In this document: positions 30,615 to 38,658 of the stretch, in pieces
Layout: each line of letters begins with the position of its first letter
Position numbering within the stretch: position 1 is the first letter of the stretch
From: Bacteroidota bacterium
Lineage (GTDB): Bacteria; Eisenbacteria; RBG-16-71-46; SZUA-252
Assembly (NCBI GenBank): GCA_050257045.1
Contig: JBLMWD010000126.1
Span: forward strand, 71,258-135,257
Direction: 5' to 3'
Length of the DNA stretch: 64,000 bases
Notes under the pieces: generated by a model
Seen by the model: only the letters and a program-made list of their open reading frames with translations
Databases searched by the model: none
What the model was told of the DNA's origin: nothing
Translations under genes and position numbers: made by a program

Positions 30615-31970
30615 CTAGCACGGAGCTTCGGCTTCGAGCTCCTTCAGCTTCCGGTAGAGGTTCCGCTCGCTGATGCCGAGAATGCGGGCCGCCTTCTGGC
30701 GGTGCCCGTTGCACTCGCCGAGCACCTGGCGAATGTAGCGCCGCTCCGCGTCGGCCAGCGTCATGCGCGCCGACTGCCCGTTCCCTCCCCGGACCGGTGC
30801 GGCCCGCACCCCGATCGGGAGCTCGGAGGGCTGGAGGACGTCGCCGTCAGCGAGGATGAGCGCGCGCTCGATCACGTTCTGGAGCTCCCGCGCGTTCCCC
30901 GGCCAGTCGTAGCGGATGAGCACGTTCATCGCCTCGGGGCTCACACGGGCCCCGCGCTTGGCGACCACGCCGCTCGAGCGGATGAAGTGCTCGACGAGGA
31001 GCGGGATGTCCTCCCGCCGGTCGCGGAGCGGCGGGATCTGGATCGAGAAGACGTTCAGCCGGTAGTAGAGGTCCTCGCGGAAGGCGCCCGAGCGCATCAT
31101 CGCCTCGAGGTCGCGGTTCGTGGCCGCGATCACGCGCACGTCGACCGACACGTCCGACGTGCCGCCCACGCGGCGGAAGATCCCGGTCTCGAGCACGCGC
31201 AGGAGCTTCACCTGGAGGGCGGGGGTCACCTCCCCGATCTCGTCGAGGAAGAGCGTCCCGCGGTCGGCCACCTCGAAGAGGCCGTGCTTCAGCCGCACCG
31301 CGCCGGTGTAGGCCCCCTTCTCGTGCCCGAAGAGCTCGCTCTGGAGCAGGTTCTCGTGGAGCGAGGCGCAGTCGACGACGACGAACGGCCGCCGCACGCG
31401 CCGGCTGGAGCGATGCACCGCGCGGGCGACGAGCTCCTTGCCGACTCCGCTCTCGCCGCGGATCAGCACCGTCGAGTCGGTGCCCGCCACGCGCGAGATG
31501 AGGCTCATCACTTCCTTGAGCGGCGCCGTCGAGCCGACGATCCGGTCGCTCGGCTTCAGACGGTCCACGTCGCGCTGCAGGGCGAGGTTCTCGCGAGCGA
31601 GCGCCTGAACTTGAAGCCCCTTCTGGAGCACCGCCTCCATCTGACCGAGGGTGCACGGCTTCGCGAGGAAGTCGAACGCCCCCTGTTTCATCGCCCAGAT
31701 CGCCTCCTGCACCGTGCCGAAGGCGGTGAGGACGATCACCTGCGTGGCCGGGAAGGCGCCATGGATCTCGGGGATGAGATCGAGTCCGTTCCCGTCGGGG
31801 AGACGGAGATCGAGGAAAACCACGTCGAAGGCGCGCTCGGCGAGGAGCTCCCGCGCCTGTCCCAGCGTGCCGGCCGTCTCGAGCGAGTAGCCGGCGTGGC
31901 GCAGCTCTTCATGCGCGATCACGCGGAACGACTCTTCGTCGTCGACCAGAAGCACCCGTGGCTCAGCCAT
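30615..31970 (-). CDS. Sigma54-dependent response regulator (NtrC family)
   Basis: REC domain; GESGVGKE; ELFGHEKGAYTGA; WPGN.REL; Fis HTH. Confidence 0.95.
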   Translation of the reverse strand: MAEPRVLLVDDEESFRVIAHEELRHAGYSLETAGTLGQARELLAERAFDVVFLDLRLPDGNGLDLIPEIHGAFPATQVIVLTAFGTVQEAIWAMKQGAFDFLAKPCTLGQMEAVLQKGLQVQALARENLALQRDVDRLKPSDRIVGSTAPLKEVMSLISRVAGTDSTVLIRGESGVGKELVARAVHRSSRRVRRPFVVVDCASLHENLLQSELFGHEKGAYTGAVRLKHGLFEVADRGTLFLDEIGEVTPALQVKLLRVLETGIFRRVGGTSDVSVDVRVIAATNRDLEAMMRSGAFREDLYYRLNVFSIQIPPLRDRREDIPLLVEHFIRSSGVVAKRGARVSPEAMNVLIRYDWPGNARELQNVIERALILADGDVLQPSELPIGVRAAPVRGGNGQSARMTLADAERRYIRQVLGECNGHRQKAARILGISERNLYRKLKELEAEAPC

Positions 31971-32730
31971 CGTTTCCTCCGCGGAAATGGATCGGCAGCT
32001 CGACCGTGAAGCGCGCGCCGTGCGGTTGGAGGTTCTCGGTGCGGATCAGGCCGCCGTGCCGGGTCACGATGCTCTGCGAGATCGAGAGCCCCAGACCCGT
32101 CCCTCGCCCGGGCGGCTTGGTCGTGAAGAAGGGGTCCCAGATGCGGTCCCGGATCGCGTCCGGAACGCCGGGGCCGGTGTCGTCCACCTCGAGGACCACG
32201 GTTGCCTCCGTGAAGCGCGTGCGCGCCGTGAGCACGCCGCCGCGCGGCATCGCCTGGATCGCGTTCATCATGATGTTGAGGCAGACGCTTCGCATCGCGC
32301 CCTCGCCCGCCCAGGTGCAGGGGAGCCCCGGCGCCAGCTCGAGCGCCGAGCGGACGCCCTGCACGGTCATCTGATATCCGAGGAGCGCGACAGTGTCGTC
32401 GACCGCGCGGTTCAGGTTGAACCAGTTCGCCTTCTCGGACTCGGGGCGCGCGAGGAGCATCAGCTTGTCGGCGATGTCCCGCACGCGCCGCGTTTCGCGG
32501 TCGAGGATGTCGAGGAGGCGATCCACGTCGACGGCGCCGCTCTGGGAGGGGTCGTGCAGCCGCCTCCGCAGCGCTTCCACGCCCGCGAGGAGCGAGGCGA
32601 GGGGGTTGTTGATCTCGTGCGCGACGCCCGCGGCGAGGATGCCGAGGGACGCGAGACGCTCACTGTGGCTGAGCTGGCGCTCCAGCTCGCCGCGGTCGCT
32701 CACGACATGGATGGATTCGTCGACTGACAT
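31963..32730 (-). CDS. Histidine kinase without a sensor domain
   Basis: AHEINNPL H-box, NAIQA, DTGPG, PFFTTK, GTGLGL. Confidence 0.9.
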   Translation of the reverse strand: MSVDESIHVVSDRGELERQLSHSERLASLGILAAGVAHEINNPLASLLAGVEALRRRLHDPSQSGAVDVDRLLDILDRETRRVRDIADKLMLLARPESEKANWFNLNRAVDDTVALLGYQMTVQGVRSALELAPGLPCTWAGEGAMRSVCLNIMMNAIQAMPRGGVLTARTRFTEATVVLEVDDTGPGVPDAIRDRIWDPFFTTKPPGRGTGLGLSISQSIVTRHGGLIRTENLQPHGARFTVELPIHFRGGNDG

Positions 32731-32878
32731 GGGCGTCTCCGTTCTCTGACAGATTGGCAGACGGAGGCCCCTCGGCGATACGGTACCTAGGTAGAACTCC
32801 CCAAACCTCTGTCCTCGAAGTGTATTGCGGCCAGAGCGCTCGGACCGCCTCTCCCGGCGCGCGCGACGGGCCGGGAGG

Positions 32879-32894
32879 CGGCACGCTTCGTGCG
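32879..32894 (+). promoter_or_regulatory. Sigma54 -24/-12 promoter for hsp20
   Basis: CGGCACGCTTCGTGCG = GG-N10-GC with GGCAC core. Confidence 0.65.
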
Positions 32895-33003
32895 ATTTCA
32901 GCGCTTACGGTCGAGTCAACGACGCGGCCCGACGGGGGAACGGGGAGCGCACCGCCGCCCGCCTCCGGCGGATCGAGACCGGCGTGCGAGGGGGAAGAAC
33001 GGC

Positions 33004-33438
33004 ATGAAACCGCTCATTTCAGAAAGCGGGATCGCGGCGCTTCGGCGGGAGATGGATCGGATCTTCGATCAGTTCTGGGGAACCGAAACCCAGTCCTCCA
33101 CCTACGGCGTCTGGATCCCCGCGCTCGACATCGCCGACAAGGGCGATGCGCTGGTCGCGAAAGTGGAGCTCCCAGGGGTCGATCCGAAGGAGATCACCGT
33201 CGGCGTCGACGACAATGTGCTCACGCTGAGCGGCGAGAAGAAGTACGAGAAAGAGGAGAAGGACGAACGGCACTATCGCATGGAGCGGTCGATGGGCACG
33301 TTCACACGGAGCATCACGCTTCCGGTGTCCGTCGATGCGACGAACGTCACGGCGCTCTTCAAGAACGGCCTGCTCACGATCCGGCTCCCGAAGACCAAGG
33401 CCGTCAAAGGCGCCGCGATTCCGGTGAAGGTCGAGTGA
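33004..33438 (+). CDS. Hsp20/alpha-crystallin small heat-shock protein
   Basis: WIPALDI, ELPGV, ERSMGTFTRSITLP, FKNGLLTIRLPK. Confidence 0.93.
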   Translation: MKPLISESGIAALRREMDRIFDQFWGTETQSSTYGVWIPALDIADKGDALVAKVELPGVDPKEITVGVDDNVLTLSGEKKYEKEEKDERHYRMERSMGTFTRSITLPVSVDATNVTALFKNGLLTIRLPKTKAVKGAAIPVKVE

Positions 33439-33925
33439 CGTCCCGAAGCTCCAGGAGGTAGATCTCGAAGTACAGGGCGCCGGGAATCGGGTTTTGACGA
33501 TAGGGTTCGATCGCGCGAAAACCCAGCGCGCGGTAGATCGCGATCGCCGCGTCCATGCCCGGTACCGTGTCGAGCCGCATGCGCCGGTATCCGCGGGCGC
33601 GAGCTTCGCGGACCGAAGCTTCGGCGAGGGCACGCCCGGCGCCTCTGCCTCTCGCCTGCGGACGCAGGTAGAGACGCTTCATCTCGCAGGTCCCCTCGTC
33701 CAGCGGCCGCACCGCAACGCAGCCGATCGCCTCACCGTCCGCTTCCGCGATCAGGATGGTTCCCCGGGGTTCTGCATAGAGCCCCGGAAGCGACTCCACT
33801 TCTTTGTCGAAACCCTGAAATCCCAGGTCGAAGCCGAGGGACGCGGCGTACTCCAGGAACAGGGCGCGCGCGAGGGCGAAATCCTCGGGCGTCCGGGCGG
33901 TTCGGACGACGAGCGGGGCCGGCAT
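33404..33925 (-). CDS. GNAT acetyltransferase
   Basis: CEMKRLYLRPQARGRGAG, RLDT, AIAIYRALGF. Confidence 0.9.
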   Translation of the reverse strand: MPAPLVVRTARTPEDFALARALFLEYAASLGFDLGFQGFDKEVESLPGLYAEPRGTILIAEADGEAIGCVAVRPLDEGTCEMKRLYLRPQARGRGAGRALAEASVREARARGYRRMRLDTVPGMDAAIAIYRALGFRAIEPYRQNPIPGALYFEIYLLELRDVTRPSPESRRL

Positions 33926-33931
33926 GGCGGC

Positions 33932-34402
33932 TCAGGACGCGGCTGGCCGGGGCGCCGTTCCGGCGCCCGCATCCGGGAAGAGCGTCGGCACGCTCGCCAC
34001 CACGTGGATGAGGGCGCGGCTCGCCCCCGCGTGGCGGAGCAGCGTCATCTTCTCTCCGTCGACGTGCATCTTCCCCGTGAGAATCGCCGCCGCGGCCATC
34101 GTCCTCCGCTCGAGGATCTCGCGCCAGAGCGTGAACGGGGCCCGGAGCGTGAACCCCGCGCGGGGATCGCTACGAATGGAGACGAACTCCGCCGCGTCGC
34201 AGCGCCCCGAGGCAAGGGCGAGGAAGAGGTGGATCGGCGATGCGAGGGTCGCGTCGGCCTCGAAGGCGAGGAGGAGCGCCCCGTTGAAGCCGACCCCCCA
34301 CTTCGCCGCCGCGTTCCGGTACTCGGACGAGCGGTTCAGCGCGTCGCGGAGCGCCGTGGCCCAGGCGGGTGTGCCGAAGGGGATGGGCGCCGGGGCGGTC
34401 AC
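33932..34402 (-). CDS. SCP2 sterol/lipid-carrier domain protein
   Basis: FGTPAWA..LN.S.EYRNAAAKW; AILTGKMHVDG; GTG overlaps upstream stop. Confidence 0.8.
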   Translation of the reverse strand: MTAPAPIPFGTPAWATALRDALNRSSEYRNAAAKWGVGFNGALLLAFEADATLASPIHLFLALASGRCDAAEFVSIRSDPRAGFTLRAPFTLWREILERRTMAAAAILTGKMHVDGEKMTLLRHAGASRALIHVVASVPTLFPDAGAGTAPRPAAS

Positions 34403-35814
34403 CGGTCCGGGACCGCGGCGGGGCGCCGCGAATCGAGCGGGATGAAACCGGGGTTCAGGATCGCATCGGGGTCGTATCGCCGTTTTGCCTCGAGGAACGG
34501 CTCCCACATCGGCCCGAAGTGCTCGCGCCACTCCTCGGGCGTGAAGTCGACGTAGCCCGAGAGGTACCGCTTTCCCCCCATCGCGACCGCGAGCCGGCTC
34601 GCGAGGTCGAGCATCGCCTTCGCGTCCTCCCAGTAGCGCGGCGGGATCGCGGGGAGGATCCCGAATCCGAGCAGGTTCTCTCCCTCGGGCCGCATGAAGA
34701 GGCGCGAGCGCGACGCGGAACCCTTGGCCGGCCAGAGGAGGACGTGTCCACCCACGAGGATCGAGGGGGGGAGGTCGGGAAGGATCGCCTCGAGAAGGCC
34801 GTGTGCCGTGTCCCACGGCATCACGCACTCGGTCCAGGCGTGCACGTGCTCCCAGGTGCCGCCGCGCTTCCAGAGGTCGAAGACGGGATCGAGCCGCGCG
34901 AAGAAGTCGTACGTGGGCAGGTCGTCGACGTAGAGGTTCTCGTAGGGATGGAGCCCCTCGAGGAGCGACCTCGGGTCCGGCTCCTTCCCCTCCTCGTACT
35001 CGACCGTGGCGTGAAAGGGGTAGAACCAGCGCCCGAAGACCTGGCGCCGGCCGTTCACGGGCTTCGTCCCCTGCGGCGACGGAGAGGCCCACGACTCGAG
35101 GTGGTCCCAGCGCCCCGAGTCCATCGCGATTCGCGCGTCGTCGAGGAAGCGGTGCGGGTCGTCGTAGAGGAGGTAGTACGTCCGCGTCATCGGCTTCACG
35201 CGCCGGAGACGGAGCCGCGCGCGCGTGATGATGCCGCACTGGCCCATCCCCGCGATCACCGCATGGAACAGGTCCTCGTTCTTCCCCGGGCCGCACGTCA
35301 CCGTCTCCCCCGTCCCGGTCACCACGTCGAGCTCCTCGACTTGGTCTCCCTGCGTGCCGTAGCGGAACGACGCGACACCGATCCCGGCCACGGAAAGCGT
35401 GCCGCCGACGGTCACGTTCAGGTTGTTGGTGAGAACCGGCGGCGCCAGACCGAGCGGCTTCAGGCGCGCGACGAGGCTCGACCAGAGCACCCCCGCCTCC
35501 ACGTCGGCGGTCATGCGGTCGGCGTCGATGGCCAGGACCTTGTCGAGCGAGGCCATGGCGATCAGGATCCCGCCGTTCGAGATCCCGACGTGGCTCTGGC
35601 TGTGTCCCCCGCCCCGCGTCGCCACGGTGAGTCCCTGCTCGCGCGCGAACCGCGCCGCCGCCGCGACGTCGCCGGGCGCGGCCGGCTCGACGAGGAGCCG
35701 CGGCACCGAGCGGAAGAGGTGGCCGAAGTTGGAAGTCAGCTCCTCGGGTACCTCGCCCGCGTCCCGGACCGCGCCCTGGACGGAGCGCTTCAGCTTGTCG
35801 CGGAGTCCGCTCAC
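34399..35814 (-). CDS. VAO-type FAD oxidoreductase, cytokinin dehydrogenase-like
   Basis: RGGGHS, TVGGTLSVAGIG, ELDVVTG.G, HFGP.W..F...K.RYDP..ILNPG. Confidence 0.82.
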   Translation of the reverse strand: MSGLRDKLKRSVQGAVRDAGEVPEELTSNFGHLFRSVPRLLVEPAAPGDVAAAARFAREQGLTVATRGGGHSQSHVGISNGGILIAMASLDKVLAIDADRMTADVEAGVLWSSLVARLKPLGLAPPVLTNNLNVTVGGTLSVAGIGVASFRYGTQGDQVEELDVVTGTGETVTCGPGKNEDLFHAVIAGMGQCGIITRARLRLRRVKPMTRTYYLLYDDPHRFLDDARIAMDSGRWDHLESWASPSPQGTKPVNGRRQVFGRWFYPFHATVEYEEGKEPDPRSLLEGLHPYENLYVDDLPTYDFFARLDPVFDLWKRGGTWEHVHAWTECVMPWDTAHGLLEAILPDLPPSILVGGHVLLWPAKGSASRSRLFMRPEGENLLGFGILPAIPPRYWEDAKAMLDLASRLAVAMGGKRYLSGYVDFTPEEWREHFGPMWEPFLEAKRRYDPDAILNPGFIPLDSRRPAAVPDR

Positions 35815-36377
35815 CCGGCGGCCCGGCGCAGGTGCTTCAGGAGGAGGATCTGGCCGTAGTGGCCGGAGAAGTGCTCCAGGATGTGGTAGTAGAACCAGCG
35901 CACGTTGAGCACGCGCACCGAGCCGTCCGGCCGCTCACGGCGGATCTCCCGGTCCATGTCCTCGGGCGGACGCTCCCGGGCGAGGCGTTTCAGGTGCTCG
36001 CGGGAACGCTCGAGGAGATCGTCGTAGAAACCGATCGTCTTCCCGCTCAGGGGTCCGTACGCCGGCGCGCCTTCGGCGATCGGCATGCCGTCGTCCTCCT
36101 GGTGGATGCCGAGAACGTCGTCCACGTCCGCGCCGGGGGCCTCGCCGCCGAGGATGACCTTCGCCCATCCGACCTCGGCGATCGCCATGTGCGTGAGCAG
36201 CATCCCGATCGTGTTCTGCCCGGGCGCCGGCTGCCACGCGAGATCCTCCGGCGAGAGATCGCGCGTCGCCTCTCGCACGAGCCGGAGCTGGTCGTCGAGC
36301 TGCGCGAGAAAGACAGCCGCTTCCGGCGAGCGAAAGCCCGGAAGCGGCGTGATCTCGTTTCGGATGACCGCGGTCAC
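35811..36377 (-). CDS. DinB family protein
   Basis: NTIGMLLTHMA..E, HILEHFSGHYGQ. Confidence 0.85.
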   Translation of the reverse strand: MTAVIRNEITPLPGFRSPEAAVFLAQLDDQLRLVREATRDLSPEDLAWQPAPGQNTIGMLLTHMAIAEVGWAKVILGGEAPGADVDDVLGIHQEDDGMPIAEGAPAYGPLSGKTIGFYDDLLERSREHLKRLARERPPEDMDREIRRERPDGSVRVLNVRWFYYHILEHFSGHYGQILLLKHLRRAAG

Positions 36378-36952
36378 GGAGCGCCGGCCGCCGCGTGCTG
36401 CTTGTCCCAGTCGGGAGCCGGCGGGAACGTGAGGACCGGCGTCTTCGGCTTGGCGCCCATCGGGAGCCGGTCGGGAGCCACGTGATGCACCGGTGGAATG
36501 CTGCGCAGGTAGGCCACGATGGCGTGCACGTCCGAGTTCGTCAGGTGCGCGAAATCCGGCCACGGCATCGGAGGCATGATCGGCGAGCCGTCCTTCTTCA
36601 CGCCGTTCTGGATGGCGCGGATGATCTCCTCGTCCGTCCAGCTCGCGAGACCGGTCGAGTCGGGCGTGAGGTTGCGCGCGTACGAGACGCCCCACGGGCC
36701 CTGCCAGCCCAGCTCGCTCCCCGAGAGCTGCCGGCTCATGTCCGGCGCGCCGTAGAGCGTTCCCGGCGTGTGGCAGTCGCCGCATCCGATCACGGCGACG
36801 AGATACTGACCGCGCTGCACGGGCGTCATCGCGGCCGCGGCCTGCGCCGAGGAGTCGGCGCCGGCGCCAGCCCCGGGCTGGCCCTTGGAGCACGAGACGG
36901 CGGCGAGGCAGAGCGCGGCGAAGGCGGCAATGCGAACGTTCCGGCGGATCAA
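36374..36952 (-). CDS. Monoheme cytochrome c lipoprotein
   Basis: Lipobox-like AVSC; CGDCH; GPWG.SYARNLTP; PPMPW. Confidence 0.88.
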   Translation of the reverse strand: MIRRNVRIAAFAALCLAAVSCSKGQPGAGAGADSSAQAAAAMTPVQRGQYLVAVIGCGDCHTPGTLYGAPDMSRQLSGSELGWQGPWGVSYARNLTPDSTGLASWTDEEIIRAIQNGVKKDGSPIMPPMPWPDFAHLTNSDVHAIVAYLRSIPPVHHVAPDRLPMGAKPKTPVLTFPPAPDWDKQHAAAGAP

Positions 36953-37019
36953 GCGGATCCTCCTTTCGATGTCGGTGAGGCGTCGGGCGCCTGCGACGTG
37001 CGGGCTCCCGGCCCCACGG

Positions 37020-37799
37020 CTAGGGGTGAGCTCCCTGCACGACGATGTCGCGCGCGATCTTCACGACCAGCGCGAGCACGACCGCGACCACGACGGCGCG
37101 GATGAACCGGTCTCCCCGTCGCACGGCCAGGTGGGCGCCCAGGAATCCGCCCACGAGCTGCGCGCCGGCCATGGGGAGGGCGACCCTCCACAGGACCGAT
37201 CCGCGGCTCGCGAAGACAAGGACCGCCGCCAGGTTCGACCCGAAGTTCACGACCTTGGCGTCCGCGGTCGCGCGCGTGAGCGGGCGATGCAGGAACGCCA
37301 CGAGCACGAGGATCAGGAACGTCCCCGTCCCCGGTCCGAAGAACCCGTCGTAGGCCCCGATCCCCAGGGCGGCCGCCGCCCAGATCCAGTTCCCGCGCGC
37401 ACCCGAAGGCGTGGCGCCGGGCCGCTCCTCGGGGCGAGCCACGAGCACGATCGCGGCCGCCGCGATGAGCAGGACGAGGACGATCGGCCGCAGCACCTCG
37501 GCGCGGATCGCGAGCGCGATCAGGACGCCGGCGGCCGAGCCCACGATCGAGAGCGGGAAGGCGAATCGCGCCGCCTTCCGGTCGACCAGATTCGCGTGGG
37601 TGTATCGGGACAGCGCCGCGAACGATCCGAAGACCGCCTGGCCCTTGTTCGTGCCGAGCGCCAGGTGCGGCGGCAGCCCCGCCGCGAGGAGCGCCGGCAC
37701 CGTCACGAGCCCGCCGCCTCCCCCGACCGCGTCCACCGCGCCCGCGAACAGCGTCGCGCCGCAGAGGGCCGCGACGGTTCCTGCCGAGAGTTCCGCCGT
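37020..37799 (-). CDS. TSUP (TauE/SafE) sulfite exporter family
   Basis: AGAVDAVGGGGGLVTVPAL, GTNK, YDGFFGPGTG; probable ACG start (see findings). Confidence 0.85.
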   Translation of the reverse strand, partial: TAELSAGTVAALCGATLFAGAVDAVGGGGGLVTVPALLAAGLPPHLALGTNKGQAVFGSFAALSRYTHANLVDRKAARFAFPLSIVGSAAGVLIALAIRAEVLRPIVLVLLIAAAAIVLVARPEERPGATPSGARGNWIWAAAALGIGAYDGFFGPGTGTFLILVLVAFLHRPLTRATADAKVVNFGSNLAAVLVFASRGSVLWRVALPMAGAQLVGGFLGAHLAVRRGDRFIRAVVVAVVLALVVKIARDIVVQGAHP

Positions 37800-37856
37800 C
37801 CGCCTCCTTCCGGGTCAACCGCGAGCGGGGGAGTATAACCTGAACCTGGCGCGTGG

Positions 37857-38615
37857 TCAGTCGCGGCGGCGGCCGGCGAAGCGGAGCCCCGCGGCGGCGA
37901 TGTCCCGCTCCCGGATGAGGCGGCTTTCCAGCTCGAAGAGCGCCTCGACCACGCGTCTCGCGCGGGGCCCCGCGCGAGGACCCTCGCGCGCGCGCGCCGC
38001 GAGGTACCGGTAGAGATAAGGCGCTTCCTCGACCGCGATCAGGTCGAATCGCTCGCGCGCGGCGGCAAGCATGTCGTGCCCGGACGCGAGCGGCGGATCC
38101 CACGCGTGCTCGAGGCGCCACCGCGCGAGCGGGCGCGTCTCGGCGGCGTGGGCGGGCTCCGGATCGTCGATCACCTCGGCGGCGACGAGCACCGCCTCGA
38201 GATCGTAGAGCCAGCGTGCCGTGACCACGTTCACGCGATCGATCGCGACTTCCTCGGCGAGGAGGAGGCCCTCGGGAGCGAGCGCCTCGAGCGCGCGGTC
38301 GAGCGCGCGGCCGGTCGGCTGGATGTGATGGAGCGATCGCGTGAAGACAACGACGTCGTAGAGTCCGGCAGGCTGGAACTGGAGGAAGTCTTCCTGGACC
38401 CAGACGATCGGTGGCGTTCCAGCGGGCAGCCCGACGGCGGCGGCCGTGACCTCGGGATCCAGCGCCTCATCGAGCGCCGTGACCGCGTAGGCGCGCGCGG
38501 CGAGGGCGCGCGCGAGCGCTCCCTCGCCCGCGCCGACCTCGAGCACCCGGGCGGGCGCCGCGGGGAGGAATCGTTCGAGGAAGCGCAGCGTCTCGCGCAG
38601 GGAGAGATGGTTCAC
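37857..38615 (-). CDS. Class I SAM-dependent methyltransferase
   Basis: RVLEVGAGEG, YDVVVF..SLHH, LAPEG. Confidence 0.85.
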   Translation of the reverse strand: MNHLSLRETLRFLERFLPAAPARVLEVGAGEGALARALAARAYAVTALDEALDPEVTAAAVGLPAGTPPIVWVQEDFLQFQPAGLYDVVVFTRSLHHIQPTGRALDRALEALAPEGLLLAEEVAIDRVNVVTARWLYDLEAVLVAAEVIDDPEPAHAAETRPLARWRLEHAWDPPLASGHDMLAAARERFDLIAVEEAPYLYRYLAARAREGPRAGPRARRVVEALFELESRLIRERDIAAAGLRFAGRRRD

Positions 38616-38658
38616 GCGCGCGCGGTCCGCGTGCGTGGCGTGCCGATCATCCCCCCCG

